Source: Bugula neritina
Taxonomy: Eukaryota > Animalia > Bryozoa
NCBI GenBank assembly: GCA_964035545.1
Contig: OZ037769.1
Span: forward strand, 12,244,633 to 12,308,632
Reading direction: 5' to 3'
DNA length: 64,000 nucleotides
Shown in pieces: positions 1 to 15,000 of the stretch. Each line of letters starts with the position of its first letter. The first letter of the stretch is position 1. A program made the position numbers and the translations under genes. The notes beneath the pieces were generated by a model, which was not told where the DNA came from, ran no database searches, and was given only the letters and a program-made list of their open reading frames with translations.

Positions 1-288
1 TAATTATCTATTAGCTGATCTAATACACTGCGGATGTAAGTGTACCAACTGCTATTGGCAGCTACATTTTATTAGTTGGTATTGGACTGATGATTTATTA
101 GATATACAATATTTATAAAATGTTTAGATCTCATTTATATCAAATAGTATAAATTTACAATGCAGATAATTTTAAGAATGTAACTGCAGATCATGCAAAT
201 GCACTCTGCTGTTTGTTGATGACATGTCTTTATAAGATATTTTGATAACATTTATATAAAATAATATTTATAGTGCACAAGGTTTTGA

Positions 289-289
<1 letters not shown>

Positions 290-341
<52 letters not shown>
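290..341. repeat. (TA)n microsatellite just 3' of transporter copy 1
   Basis: About 25 TA units; absent at the equivalent position in copies 2 and 3. Confidence 0.95.
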
Positions 342-346
<5 letters not shown>

Positions 347-368
347 CATACAGGTTAACAGTTTGAGG

Positions 369-3300
369 TCAAGTCTGTTTGTTGACAAGATGCTGCTGAC
401 GCTGCCTAATTATAACGACAGGAAGGAGAATTATGCTGCCGATTATACCTCCACATCCTGCCGATACCAGACTATACAACTCCTCTGTATTCTCCCCGAT
501 AAATGCTAGGAAAATATTTGGCAAGATAACAAACAGTTGCCAATTCATCATTTCTATTACTTACTATAAAAATTTCTGATTGGCATTGAAACTCACTAAA
601 AATTTTAAGTTTCAGCTGGCAAAGCAATTGATAAAATTTTATAATATTCATCTGCTAATTTTTCCATAAACATAAATAAATTTTTACTCTTAAAATCAAG
701 CTTTTGTAATAATAAAATTCTCAGATGTTGATAAAACACATATCATACAAATAGTTGTTTACAAATACTGGTATGTATAGTGAGAAGACAACTTCGAGTA
801 ATAAACTTACTGTAAAATGCTGGACCAAGAAGACAGCCCAGTCCTGAGGCTAGGAGTTCTATACCAAAGAGGAGTGGGAGTAGTCTCGCCCCTATAACGT
901 CTAACAACACAGCTAATAGGTTCCCTAGAGACAGGGCAAAGTTCACTCCCCAAATGGATAACAGAATGTAGTACATCTCCTTCAAATACAAATACTCTTT
1001 ATAATACATACTATAACATATATAATAATAACTATGTGTATATAACACAATTTAGGTGGGGATGCAAATATAGTACAGTTTAGGTTGTGTGCAAATTACA
1101 AATATACCATAAAAAAAGTAGGTCTAAATTTATTTTTGGTTGGTAGTCGGTATCGAATTTTGGATGTGAAGTTACACAAAACTATTCAAATAACTCAGAT
1201 AGATTTCCATTAATGTTGCATGTTTGTTCCAAATATTAGTGTTTTATGTTTGTATAGCAGGATTTAACTCTGAAGGTGATTATAGTAATGGTTAAAATAT
1301 TACTGCAAAAAATTTATCAGTTCCAACGCAAAATTTTTTAGCCACAAAATTCTTTAATCATTACGTTTAGAGACACATGCAACAGTACCTTGCTGGAGGA
1401 AAATGAGATTACAATGGTACATATGCTATACACCATTATTGTGATAAATCTCATCATTAGTCTATCAAATTTCAGTGGACTAATTAACACAGCAGTTACA
1501 CTTCCAACCAGCTTTGCTCCTCCTGAAGAAACGAATAGTTATACATGTAATAAGGGAGATAACTCTACACATCAAGTTATTAAAAAAGGAAGACAACTAT
1601 CAAATACTTTCAAGTTGTACAATTTGTTAGCAGACAAAGGTAACATACCAAATATGGTAATAGAGAGGGCAGCTTCCCTTTCAACCAGGCTCAGTCTATG
1701 GACAATATAGTTGTTGATTAGCACATGAAAGGTTGTGCTGGTCGCATTCCAAAAAAATGCATTCACCATGAGCACCCAAACCTGTGCAGAAAAAATTTCA
1801 AGACAACTAATAAACTTTGTATGACTAAATACATTGATTAAATACATTGTTTTTATATTTGGTGCATACAGAACATGCAGTGGACCAATTTTCATAGTTT
1901 TATTATCTTTCTCGGTGTAGTGGAAGCACAAAAATTATCCATTACAATTGCTCAACTGGATCATGTAATTTCAGTAAGTTAGTGCTTAAACAAAATAATA
2001 TGTTTAGAGCTTCAAACATTTTGTAAAATAATTGTAAATATTTTTTGAGTTCAACTAAATAATAATTGAACCATAAATAATAGATCAGACAATGGGTTAT
2101 TTCTTATGTATTATAGTACAGTTCAATTTCTAACAAATGACTAGAATATAAGACATGCCTGTTTTGAACTATAGTAGTTTCACCTCGCCCTCACTCCACT
2201 CTTTGCAGTTGAACATTTTTAGTTTTAAAGCAAAATGTTAGTTTTTGCACGCAGTTGTGAATTTCTCATGCAGATAAAAGATCATTTCTAAAATACTAGA
2301 TACCTATTAGAGATTTAAACGATTAAATAGAAGCCTTTGATTATAGCATATGTATGCAAAAGATAATAAAACGTCATGCTAAATGCGTAAGTTTTTTTTA
2401 AAGATCAGTGAATTCAACATAACATCACAAGTCATGCCTGCTCTTCCCTGTTTTTTACATGATATAATGTAGAAAATATTTATAGCATAAATGCTTCTAG
2501 CTTATTTGTAAGCTTTTAGTTAGTTACATTAGTTTTTACTGTTAGCATGCAGCAAATTGTTATCATGTTTTAGAAAACATGAACAGTTTTGCAATTTTAT
2601 GCAAGTTTTAAAGTTTTTTAATCTACTATACAGGTATGAGGTATGTTCTAGTAATTTCTCCAAGTTGGAAATTTTATTAAAAGTTGTACAACAATGTACA
2701 ACAATTAAGTTAGACTAGTCAAGCATATAATACAATAACAAATTAAATCATGACAATACTAAAACTAATTTACAAAAATGCGGGAATTCAATCACAACAA
2801 TGCTAACATTAAAATTATGCATAGATACTTTAGTGTTTTACAATCAGTTCAACAATCGAACCAAACTAAACTAAATGCTCACATTTCATTTGACTGTCAC
2901 TAAATTAAGCTGCTTGTATACTAGCATCTTCCAAGCTTCAAGTACACTATAGTGATAAAATGTAGGCTAGACTCTTTGGAGATTTAATTTTTGTCATAAA
3001 TAACGTTGGCATGAATGCATCTTCAAAGCAAAATGTAAGTTCCTATTTATCTAAGCATAACTATTATTATCATTTTCACAGTTATAATGTTGTATACGAT
3101 TATAACAGAAAATTAAGTGCAACACTATAGCATTACTATATAGTAGAGCAATATGTAGCCTTCTTTGAGTCTCAGGTGTGTGCATGTTTATACCTCCACG
3201 ATTTTTTATTAAAAAGTCAATATGGTCAAGGAAGCAAATTCACTTATAGTTTCTCTCAATATAAAAGTATCTTACCGAAATTACTGTGTTTTGATCAATC

Positions 3301-6300
3301 TATCAAGTCAGTTTCAGTATACTACAGTCACCAGTGAATGATTCATTTCTTTTGGCTATTCATATATACTGCAACTATCAATTTCTATAATAAATGACTT
3401 ATTTAAAGAGGCTTAAACAAAACTCTGGCGTTTAAATAAAATGTATAAATCGTGCAAAGTTGTCATTCTCATTGTCTATTTGATGTAGCTGACTTTACAT
3501 TTTCAAACAGGTATCAGAATGCAATGAGCAGATAACTCTCAAGTAAATCATCTATTGCAATTAAAAAGAGAATTTCTGTAACTTCAACAAATTTCAGTAA
3601 AACTACAAAATCACATTAAGTGACTGAAACTTGACTCTCTTTTGAGAAGAGGTATAAATGCACGTCACATAACCTCTCACTAATGTAACTATAACGCTCT
3701 GCTTAATGACACTTGAAGTCATCCAAACTCAGTAGTAGTTGTAAACAGCTGAGTAAAATCAAAGTAAATATTAGTTGCGCAATATTTATACTTCAGCTAT
3801 TAACTTACACAAATTGTATGACTGTTATTTTTCAAGTTTCAAGTGCAGTTAAAACTAGTACATGTACAGTTAGAAATTTAATTTCAACTCATACGTGACA
3901 TGTATACTGATATTATTCAAAATAATGCACTGCTTAATGGTTTTATTATATCATATTATATAGTACTATTACATGATATCATTGCATGTATGTATGGCAG
4001 TGGCTGGTATTTACTAGTATATTACAATTTCATAAACATTATGTAACTAACTCACCTGTGAAGATTTAATGAGTGACAATAAATCTTTCTTCAATGATGG
4101 ATCTTCTTCAGCACAATTCTCAGAGGAATGAGAGCTGATTGGTTCACCATTATTCTATAGAATAGACATAATATTACATCATATGTTACATCATATATTA
4201 CATCCCATATATTACATCCCATATATTACATCCCATATATTACATCATATATTACATCATATATTACAGTATATATCACATCATATATTAGATCATATAT
4301 TACATCATATATATTACATAATAATATGTTACAGCATATATATTACATAATAATATGTTACAACATATTATATTACATTATGTATTGCAGCATATATTAC
4401 AGCATGTACTACAGTATATATAGCAACATATTATATTACAGCATATATTACATAATTACAGCATGTATTACACCATATATTTGCAGCAAATATTACATAA
4501 TATTTAAAGCATATATTACAGCATATACCACGGAATATTTAAAGCATATATTGCAGCATATTATATTGCAGCATATTATATTACAGAATGTTATATTATG
4601 ACATATATTACAACACATATGATCTACTAGTCCACAATATGGTACTTACCGCCAATTTCCCACAACCTTCACGTTCACTCAACTTGTTCTCACTAGAGAT
4701 TGTGAAAGCAGAATTAGTGAATGTCACGTCACATTTCTCAATAGCAGATTCTTGTTCAGTAGACGTGCTTATAGGTGTTTGACTGGAACTTTCACCTGCA
4801 TATAGATGTAATATATGCTAATCAGTGATATATTAACTTGCTATAAAGTATGTCATATATTATTTCGCTTTAGAGTATGTTATATAAACTCGCTACAGAG
4901 TTTGTGATATATCAACTCGCAAGTATAAAATATACAACTTCGAGTCTCACAAGCACCTGTAGCTTCTTCAACTATACTGGTCTCAGCCTCTTCCTGTAGC
5001 TCATTAGTGGAGTCTCTCGGAATCTCATTGGTTGGAGTATCTTGTATTTCATTGGTTGAATTTTTCTCATCAGAACTCAATTCAGAAATTTTTCTATCTA
5101 GACGGAAAACCGAACTTTCCTAATATACAACTTTCCAAATTTTATGATTTCTGCAAATAGTAGGAAACAAAAGTTCTGAGCTGTTAACTCTTTTCAGTTT
5201 ATTTCCTTCTGTAACCGATAAATAAAAATGCAGTGAATAAAATTGAACAATAAAAACCCATTAATATACTTTTAAAGCAAGAAAAAAATTCATTTCAGAT
5301 AATTTTGTTATCTTGTTTTAAGCACACATATTATTAGCTCAGCTCTGTATAAGGTAGCATTGTAATATATAGTCAAAGTTATAACGATAAGTTGGCTAAT
5401 TTCCTATTATTATATTTATGGCGCCTATTAAACTGACAAAATGCGTACTTTTCTAAGTTACATAGTTTATAGCTGATTAGTGGACAGGGTGATATTTAGG
5501 TTGTTGCCAAGAAATAGTATATTTTTAGAAAAGAATGCACAAAAACTGACATTTTTCGACCCTGGGCTAACAAAATTTTGAATAAATTATTTATTTCAAC
5601 CCAGCTTTAATATAAAAATTTTGCTAAGCAAATAGTTTAGTGTGTACAAGAACTAACCTTTGTGCAACAATACAATACATGAGGATAATATTACTTAAGA
5701 AGTCTAGTACCCTCAGAGGATTGCTGGGTATTGTTTGGGGGGATGAAGGAAGCACCCGCTATGAGGGGAATCAAATGAGATATTGCCATAAAGCCCATAG
5801 CTTTGGAGTAGCCGAATGTGTCCAATAAAAACTGCGATCCTATTGGCCAGACTGTAGAGCCAATAAAAGTCCCAAGAATTACCAGTGAAAAAGCAAGGTA
5901 ACTGAATCGTTGAAAGTAAGCTGTGAGGATAGTAGAGCTGGCCATGTAAGTGCTGGACACACCAATACCTGTAATATATTTAGTAGTATATGTAATGTAG
6001 CTGCAATACAACTGCAGTATAGCTGTACTATAGCATGCAATATAACTGTAGTGTAACCTGTAATATAACTTTATTATAACTGTAATACAACTGGCTGGCT
6101 ATAACTGCAGTAAAAACAGCCATTTAGTTGTTTTCCATAGGAGCTCCGAAGCATAAAAAACTCACGCAAGTTTATAGTCACCAACCCTGTGAGAAAACCC
6201 CTGTTGAAAGGGGCTTTTGTTAAATCGGGCTAAGGACATATCCGATAAGGCACAGGAGCAATTGTGACTGGATGTTCTTCCTAACATCACCAATGGCCTT

Positions 6301-7575
6301 TGTCAGAGCTCGAACCCATGACTTCTTGTTTACTAGCATCTAGTCAAACCGTAATATTTCCACAGCAAAAAAATGTTTCTTTTGTTAACCAGTTTAGACA
6401 TGTTGGGGATATTTTGATAGGTGCATTTTTAGACCAATCATAAACATGTTTGCATGTGAGGTGCATTACAAGGCTTCTGATTGGCTGTCTTAATGCAATC
6501 AGGATGACAGATTCTACCTACAAGGTGTCTACCTGAAAGGAGTGAGAACAGCAGGAAAGCATGCCATGACTGAGTTGATAAACTGGATAAGCCGAAACCC
6601 AGAATGAGGCAGCATCCTCCCAATATCTCCACTGTTCTACATCCAAGCTTTTTTACCATAATTGATGCTAAAGGAGCTGTAATTAATATAGACAAACTTT
6701 ATAATAAGAACGTAATAAAGATAGATTAGTAGATAGTTTTTATTTTAATTGCATGATTATGATTTTTTATGCATATTTCGAATTAATGGCTGTGACCTCA
6801 CTATTGACGATGAAAGGCACATTACAAAAGCTTTGCAGTTGCTTTGACTACAGAAATTCAGTGATAGTGTTAGAATGTGAATTAAGAGTTAAATCATTCA
6901 CTTTATGCAAATCTTACAAGAGCTGTATGACAATATAGCATTCTTGAAAAATAATACATTATCCTGACAAGCCTGTAGAGTGTCGCTGTAGTAACTTCAA
7001 ACATTCAGAATTAAAAAGATTTAAAATGCTAGGTTCTTTGACTCTGCTGGAACTTAACAGTAGCATAATATTCTAATTAAAGTTTACGTTCATATTTTGG
7101 CTACAGCAGAAAAACAGGATGCCTAACAAGGCAAGCTAGGTGTAGTAATTGACAAATTGAGAAAAGCCGGCATGTCGATTAGAAATGCTTGTTATAAATA
7201 AGAAATGTATAGCAAAAGAAAATGTGTTCTCGCAAGAATTTCAACTATCGCCTCAAATCGAAATTTATAAAGAGATTTAAAAAAAGTCGGCCATCTCAAT
7301 TTTTTCACTACTGCTCCTGAATGAACATTACAAGCCATTAAAAAGACTAGATTACTAAACTTACCGAAGATGAAGATGGATGCTACATGCAATGAGCCAA
7401 TAATACCACTTTCCTGGAGTCCAATGCTGAAGAATTTCTGATGGGCTATGGTCATATTACCGAGTATACCAAAACTGAATCCTCTGTTACACACATGTGA
7501 TAGAAAAGACATGAACAGTATCCACCAAGCATAGCCTCGATCTTTATTTGTGGATATCCTTGAGCAGCAGTTCAT
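369..7575 (-). CDS. SLC16/monocarboxylate transporter-like MFS protein, tandem copy 1 (10 coding exons, ~523-525 aa)
   Basis: Hand-spliced GT-AG exons with consistent phase: 7365-7575, 6533-6676, 5711-5968, 4957(or 4951)-5097, 4650-4795, 4056-4154, 1649-1781, 1389-1522, 811-979, 369-505 (TGA). N-terminal KDRGYAWWILFMSFLSH resembles the SLC16 DGGWGW motif. MFS motif A-like APLASIMVKKLGCR, an acidic central loop and two hydrophobic helix bundles. A 5' acceptor near 7636 suggests an upstream exon that was not resolved. Confidence 0.88.
4168..4620. repeat. Degenerate ~12-bp (CATATATTACAG/T) intronic repeat; homologous tracts at 13695-14060 and 26132-26400
   Basis: Visible periodicity in the same intron of all three copies, with different tract lengths. 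Confidence 0.85.
6155..6335 (-). mobile_element. 5'-truncated tRNA-derived SINE (same family as 28951-29148)
   Basis: Reverse strand reads ctagtaaacaagaagtcatgGGTTCGAGCTCT (B box) ...ggccattggtgatgttaggaag..catccagtca...tctcacaggg..actataaacttgcgt-T tail. Absent from this intron in copies 2 and 3. Confidence 0.7.
7138..7318. mobile_element. MITE with AGGTGCAGTAGTGGAGAAATTGAG-type inverted ends
   Basis: Left end aggtgtagtaattgacaaattgag, right end ctcaatttttcactactgctcct. Related copy at 11728-11850 and a single end at ~32677. Confidence 0.6.
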
Positions 7576-8429
7576 CCTGACAGTAAAAGTGTCTTTCAAC
7601 TTAACAGTTACTTCCTGCAGTTGTGTAAATAAACCCTGAAAGTTGTAAACATTCAGCTAAAGTTCAGTAATGGAGATTTTGAAGGGAATTTGTTTACTTT
7701 ACTTTATTCCCAGATTTTCACACTAATACTACTTAGACTTCAGTTGCAGTAAATAGCTTAACAACACGGACAAATGGTTGATCTAGGCTGATATATAAAC
7801 ATAGAAATATAATATATAGGTATCAAACAGCTGACTGCACATCATCAATACAGACAGATACAAGATCAAGTCAAAGCTCGCTCAAATACATTTTTTTCTC
7901 TAGTTAGTCCAGTAGGCTTACAGAGATAGGGCATGTTAAGCTAAACAGTTTAAACTTGCTGGTGCTTACACATTAATTGCTTCTGCTCTTTTATAGAGGA
8001 ACTAAATTACAAGTAACTTACAGCCTCACAGAATTTATTCCACTTGCAGTCAAAAAGATGTGTAACGCCCCTCTGATATGTAGAGTTCTCAGTCTTTATT
8101 AAACAAGAGTGTATATACTAAACATATTGTATTTCACTGCATAAGCGAAGTGTTTCATAACTGTATTTTTCTCCATGTTATAGGCTGTCATGGATGATAT
8201 ATTTAGACTTAATCACTCAATCACTCTATTGTATCAGAATTGTGGTCTCATTCAACTATGAAAGCCAGTATGTGATTGGTTTAGCATCCAAAGCTCTCTA
8301 GTGGCTATACTAGACATTGTATTTACTACATGCAACAGTCTACCATTCAACCACTACTCGTAGACCTTCCTTATTTATACAACAACTAGCAGACTATATT
8401 TAGCAGTCAATTAAACTACATAGGAGAAT

Positions 8430-8712
8430 TGATATCAGTGATCCACTTTTATTTCCTGACTGGGAATACGACATTTATGAATACTTAAAGTCGCGATGTG
8501 TAACTATAATGAAGCAGAAAAACTAAGATATCTTAGAAGATATATTATGGAAGTGCCAGAGAAAGCATAAATGGAGACTTCTATATCAGGACAGAGCAGT
8601 CGTACATACATGTAAGACAAAAGCTAAAATAGAGATCTTGCAGTATGCCTGGCGTAGGAAGGACAGTGAGGGGTGCATTATGCAAATGGCCAGAGTATTA
8701 TTGGCAACTAAA
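8430..8712 (+). mobile_element. Decayed BEL/Pao-like gag fragment
   Basis: Translates (with frameshifts) to SDPLLFPDWEYD...AEKLRYLRRY...INGDFY...KW, resembling the BEL/Pao gag (DUF1759-type) pattern GDPLxFxDW...EKLxYLxxY. Recognised from memory, not by database search. Confidence 0.55.
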
Positions 8713-9002
8713 AATATATTTCAACTCTTCAAATTTGGAAGTCTTAGAGTTTTTATTTATTAACAAAAGAACATTTTTTGGGCTGATTATCTATTAGCTG
8801 ATATAGAACACTGTGGATGGAAGTGTACCAACTACTATTGGCAACTACATTTTATTGGTTGGTATTGGACTGATGATTTATTAGATATACAATAATTATA
8901 GAATATTTTGATCTCATTTATATAAAATAGTATTTATAATACAAGAGTTTTTGAATTATAATATTTATCTGCAACTAGAACATAGATGTGCAACGTTTGA
9001 GG

Positions 9003-12000
9003 TCAAGGCTGTTTGTTGACAAGATGTCTCTGACGCTGTCGACTTATAACGACAGGAAGGAGAATTATGCTGCCAATTATACTTCCACATCCTGCCGATA
9101 TCAAACTATACAACTCCTCTGTATTCTCTCCAATAAATGCTAAAAAATATTTGCAAGATAGCAAACAGTCGCCTAATTCATAATTTATAAATTACATGAT
9201 AGAGAAGTTTCTGATTGGCATTAGCAGTCACTATTTTAATGTTTTAGCTAGCAACAGTTTAATAACTTCAATTGTTTTTTCCAAAACACTTAGCATCCGC
9301 CAATTTATTCATAAACCCACATTTTTGTTCTTAAAATAAGCATTTATACTTAAATTCTCCAGACTTAAGAAAGAGTTATCTACAAATACTGGTATGTATA
9401 GTGAGAAGACAACTTCGACTAATAAACTTACTGTAGAGTGCTGTACCAAGAAGAGAGCCTAGTCCTGAGGCTAGGAGTTCTATACCAAAGAGGAGTGGCA
9501 GTAGTCTCGTCCCTATAACGTCTAACAACACAGCTAATAGGTTCCCTAGAGACAGGGCAAAGTTCACTCCCCAAATGGATAACAGAATGTAGTACATCTC
9601 CTTCAAATACAGATACACTTTATAATACATAAAACAACATATAATAATAACTATGTGTATACACCACAGTCTAAAGTAGGTATATCGTATATAACTATAG
9701 CATAGGGAGAACAATACAAATATAGTGAAAATCATGCAGGTCTAAATTATTTTCAGTTTGCAGTAGGTGTTGAATTTTGGGTGCAAAACACAAAATTACT
9801 CAAATGAATTGGATAGATTTCACCAAATGTTGCTTGCTTGCTCAAAATATAATTTTTTATGTTTAAGCTAATGATATGACATATCTTTGAATATTTCACA
9901 GTTTAACTTTAGAGGTCATCATAGTAATGATTAGAATATTAGTACAAAAACTACATCAATTTCAACAAGAAAATTTTATTTAACCACAAGATGTTTTAAT
10001 CATTATGTGCCTTAAATATCATGTTTACAGTACCTTGCTGGTAGAAAAGGCGATTATTATGGTACATATACTATACACCATTATTGTGATAAATCGCATC
10101 ATCAGCCTATCGAACTTCAGTGGACTAATTAACACAGCAGTTACACTTCCGGCCAGCTTTGCTCCTCCTGAAAACAAGTCATACATGTAATAAGAGAGAT
10201 AATTCCACACATAAAGCTCTTAAAAGATGAGGAAAACTGTTACATATTTTCAGGCAGTGCAACTTGTTAGCAGACAAAGGTAGCATACCAAATAAGGTAA
10301 TAGAGAGGGCGGCTTCCCTTTCAATCAGGCTCAGTCTATGGACAATGTAGTTGTTTATTAGCACATGAAAGGTCGTGTTGGTTGCATTCCAAAAAAATGC
10401 ATTCACCATGAGCACCCAGACCTGCACGAAAGAAAATTGAGAAATACGTTCAGACTAAATTTATCTTTTAAAATTATACAGTTTGATTACCTCACTAAAC
10501 TTTTTGCATTAAAGTTAAGCAAAATACTAGCTTTTGCATTCAAGTGTGAATATCTTAGGAAAATTGCACATTTCTCTCATACTAGATAGCTATGAACAAT
10601 CTGAAATACCAGGTTTATTTGCTTATAAAATATTTATAAAATAAATAATAAAACATATTAAATCCCAAAGTAAATGCCAAAGGCAGAAAAATCTCTTATT
10701 TTAAAAGTCACTGAATGATAATTGCATTTAGCTTATTAGTGATGGACATAGTTTTTACTGCTAGTATATTGATTACGCTTTAGAAAACATGCCAAGTTTC
10801 ATAATTTTATAAGTTTAATTTCATAATCTGTAATGCGAGTTATAACCAGTTATAATACTATATAGTAGGAGGAATTTATTCTAGAATTCTCGTACAGCAA
10901 TAATTTTCATTTATTGCTGTACAACAATATTATCTTGCAGAACAACGCAACATGTATATTAACAAATGAAATTATATACGGTAAAAATTTGAAAATTGTA
11001 CTATAAAAATGCAGAAATCTCACCACAACAATGCCAAAATTAAAATTTTGCTATAAATTAGTGTCTAACAATCAGTTCAACAATCAAAATAAATTAAAAG
11101 ATTACTTTACATTTGACTCTTGAGAAAGAAAGCTGTTTATATACTAGCATCTCCCAATCTTCTTATATACTCTCTTATGGTAAATTAATTTCTACTGCTA
11201 CTGATGTTGGCATGACTATATCTTCAACGTTAAGTACTAGTAAGTAAGTTTTTATTTACATAACTATATAACCAGCATAGATGCTGTTACAGTTACAATG
11301 TTATAAGCTTATATCAGGAAAATTAAGAGAAGCACTATAATAAATTTACCTCTCCAAGTCTCAGGATGCACAATTTTAAGACAAAAAGTCAATTTAGCAA
11401 AGGGGATAATTCCTCCAAATTTTCCCACATTATAAAAGGAATTTATTATGGTGTTGTCATAACTTGATTAGCATATTTTCTGTACACAGTCACTAGTGAA
11501 TGATTAACCCTTTTAGCTATTAATTTCTATAATAAGTGACTTACTCAAAGAGTTTAAGCAAAACTCTAAAATTAATGTAAAATCGTGCAATCCTATTAGT
11601 TGTCATTCTCATTGTCTATTTCATGTAACCCAATTCTCTTTTTGAAGAGACATCAGGTCATAATGAGTAGACAACTTTCAAGTGAGTCATGTATTACTAT
11701 TTAAAAGAGATATTATTCTGCAGAGGTAGGTGCAGTAATGGAGAAATTGAGAAAAGCCTGTGTTCTAGATTAGAAATGTAGCACCCCAAACCAAAATTTA
11801 ATAATAAAATTAAACAATTGAGGCTATCTCAATTTCTCCACTACTACTGTTAAATGATGTTGCATCACACAATGTGTTTTCAACAAGTTTTAGTGAAACT
11901 ACAAACTCAAGTTGAAGTAACTGAAATTAATGTAGGTTCTCTTCTGAGAAGAAGTGTGAAGGCTCTGCTGAATAACACCGGGTTACCAAAGCTTAGTAGT

Positions 12001-15000
12001 AGTAGTAGTAGCAGTAGCAGTAGTAGTAGTAGTAGTAGTAGTAGTAGCAGCAGCAGCAGCAGTAGCAGTAGCAGTAGCAGTAGCAGTAGCAGTAGTAGTA
12101 GCAGTAGTAGTGGCAGTAGCAGTAGCAGTAGCAGTAGCAGTAGCAGTAGCAGTAGCAGTAGCAGTAGCAGTAGCAGTAGCAGTAGCAGTAGCAGTGGCAG
12201 TAGCAGTAGCAGTAGCAGTAGCAGTAGTAGTAGCAGTAGTAGTGGCAGTAGCAGTAGTAGCAGCAGTAGCAGTAGCAGTAGCAGTAGCAGTAGCAGTAGC
12301 AGTAGCAGTAGCAGCAGCAGCAGCAGCAGCAGTAGCAGTAGCAGTAGCAGTAGCAGTAGCAGTAGTAGTGGCAGTAGTAGTGGCAGTAGCAGTAGCAGTA
12401 GCAGTAGCAGTAGCAGTAGCAGTAGCAGTAGCAGTAGCAGTAGCAGTAGCAGTAGCAGTAGCAGTAGCAGTGGCAGTAGCAGTAGCAGTAGCAGTAGCAG
12501 TAGTAGTAGCAGTAGTAGTGGCAGTAGCAGTAGTAGCAGCAGTAGCAGTAGCAGTAGCAGTAGCAGTAGCAGTAGCAGTAGCAGTAGCAGTAGCAGCAGC
12601 AGCAGCAGCAGTAGCAGTAGCAGTAGCAGTAGCAGTAGCAGCTGCTGCAGCAGCAGCAGTAGCAGTACTAGTAGCAGTAGCAGTAGCAGTAGCAGTAGCA
12701 GTAGCAGTAGCAGTAGCAGTAGCAGTAGCAGTAGCAGTAGCAGTAGCAGTAGCAGTAGCAGTAGCAGTAGCAGTAGCAGTAGCAGTAGCAGTAGCAGTAG
12801 TAGTAGCAGTAGCAGTAGCAGTAGCAGTAGCAGTAGCAGTAGCAGCAGCAGCAGCAGCAGCAGTAGCAGTAGCAGTAGCAGTAGCAGTAGCAGCTGCTGC
12901 AGCAGCAGCAGTAGCAGTACTAGTAGCAGTAGCAGTAGCAGTAGCAGTAGTAGTGGCAGTAGCAGTAGTAGCAGCAGTAGCAGTAGCAGTAGCAGTAGCA
13001 GTAGCAGTAGCAGTAGCAGTAGCAGCAGCAGCAGCAGCAGCAGTAGCAGTAGCAGTAGCAGTAGCAGTAGCAGCTGCTGCAGCAGCAGCAGTAGCAGTAC
13101 TAGTAGCAGTAGCAGTAGCAGTAGCAGTAGCAGTAGCAGTAGCAGTAGCAGTAGCAGTAGCAGTAGCAGTAGCAGTAGCAGTAGCAGTAGCAGTAGCAGT
13201 AGCAGTAGCAGTAGCAGTAGCAGTAGCAGTAGCAGTAGCAGTAGCAGTAGTAGTAGCAGTAGCAGTAGCAGTAGCAGTGGTAGTAGTGGTCAACTGCTGG
13301 GTAAAGTTAGAGTAAATATAATATGTACAATATTTATACATGTTTGTTTACACGAATCTAAAAGCTGTTGTTTTTTTTAAGTTCTGCAAGTACCTGTACT
13401 TGAACAAGTACCTAGTACCTGTAGGAGAAATTGAATTTCAACACATACATAACATGTACCAATAATATTCTAAATAATGCATTGTTCAGTTATATTATAT
13501 TTATATACTGGTATATTAGATTAAATAATATCACAGTGTCTTGTATAATACAATTTCATGAACATTATATAACTAACTCACCTGTGAAGTTTTAATGAGT
13601 GACAATAAATCTTTCTTCAATGAGGGATTTTCTTCAGCACAATTATCAGAGGAATGAGAGCTGATTGGTTCACTATTAGTCTACAGAATAGACATAATAT
13701 TACGTAATATATTTGATCATATATTGCATCATATATTACAGTATATTATATTACAGTATATACATTACAGTATATGTTACAGTATATTATATTACAGCAT
13801 ATATTACAGCATATGTTGTAGCATAATATATTACTGCATATATTGCATTATATATTAATTACAGCAAATTGTAATACATAATTACAGCATGTATTACATA
13901 GTGTATTTGCAGCAAATATTGCATAATATTTAAAGCATATATTACAGAATATTATATTACAGCATATTACAATACAACATATATTACATCATATATTACA
14001 GCATATACCACATAATATATTACAACATATTATATTACAGCATATTATATTACATCATATATGATCTACTAACCGCCAACTTCTCACCACCTTCACTTAA
14101 CTTGTCATCGTTAGAGTTTGTGAAAGCAGAATTAGTAAATGCCAGGTCACAGCTCTCAATAGCAGATTCTTGTTCAACAGATCTGCTTATAGATGCCTGA
14201 CTGGAACTTTCACCTGCAGATAGATATATATGCTAAACAGTGAAATATTAACTCACTAGTATGTGATATATTAACTATATAGTCTGGCAGAACTGGGGGT
14301 TAGGTTCGCAATCTCGGATAAAGTTTTTTTCTCTTTTGATTATTTATCTTGAGGGTTCAAGTAACTGTTTCCAGGTGGGTGTGGACCTGCCACCCTTGAG
14401 CATTTCGAGAAATCCAATATGGCCGCCACTTATGAAAAAATCGTATTCTAGTAGGCATAAAGTCTATATTATGTTGCAAACACAAAATTTTTTTGATGAT
14501 TCAAATAGATGTGCATTTTTGGAATGAATATTTGCCATGCCAGTGCAAATAAAACCAAAGTAAAGAGCCAAGAGACATGTTGCGCAGTTCAAAAATCGGA
14601 ATTGCTTCAATAAAACATCACATATGGTGCAGAGAAATGATACAAGGGTTTTGAATAATTGTTAGGACAGATATATAAAGAAAAACATTGCTTATTTTCA
14701 GTGAATAAAAAGTGAAAAAGATAGAGGCATATTGCTCAGCTAAAATTAAAATGGAACATATATATAATCAAATAGATGCGACAAACTTTCGCTCATGTTC
14801 ATATTAAACACCTTTCTCATTTTTTTCTATCATTAGCATTTGTTAGACATATTAGTTCATTGCAGCACACTCCTGTTACTGCTTCACAAGGACAGAACTC
14901 TGTGCATGGGATAGATGTACTAGAACAACCATATCCCGTTGGTTTGCATGATTGTTAGCTTCCACAGGAGCATTTAATGAATTTGGGCCATTTTAATTTA

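Noticed and set aside
11854-13380. 508-aa poly-Ser, 452-aa poly-Thr/Ala and 401-aa poly-Val/Ala ORFs (antifreeze- or mucin-like appearance)
   Set aside because: Stop-free frames of an intronic microsatellite that is absent from the paralogous introns; no signal peptide or unique coding flank.
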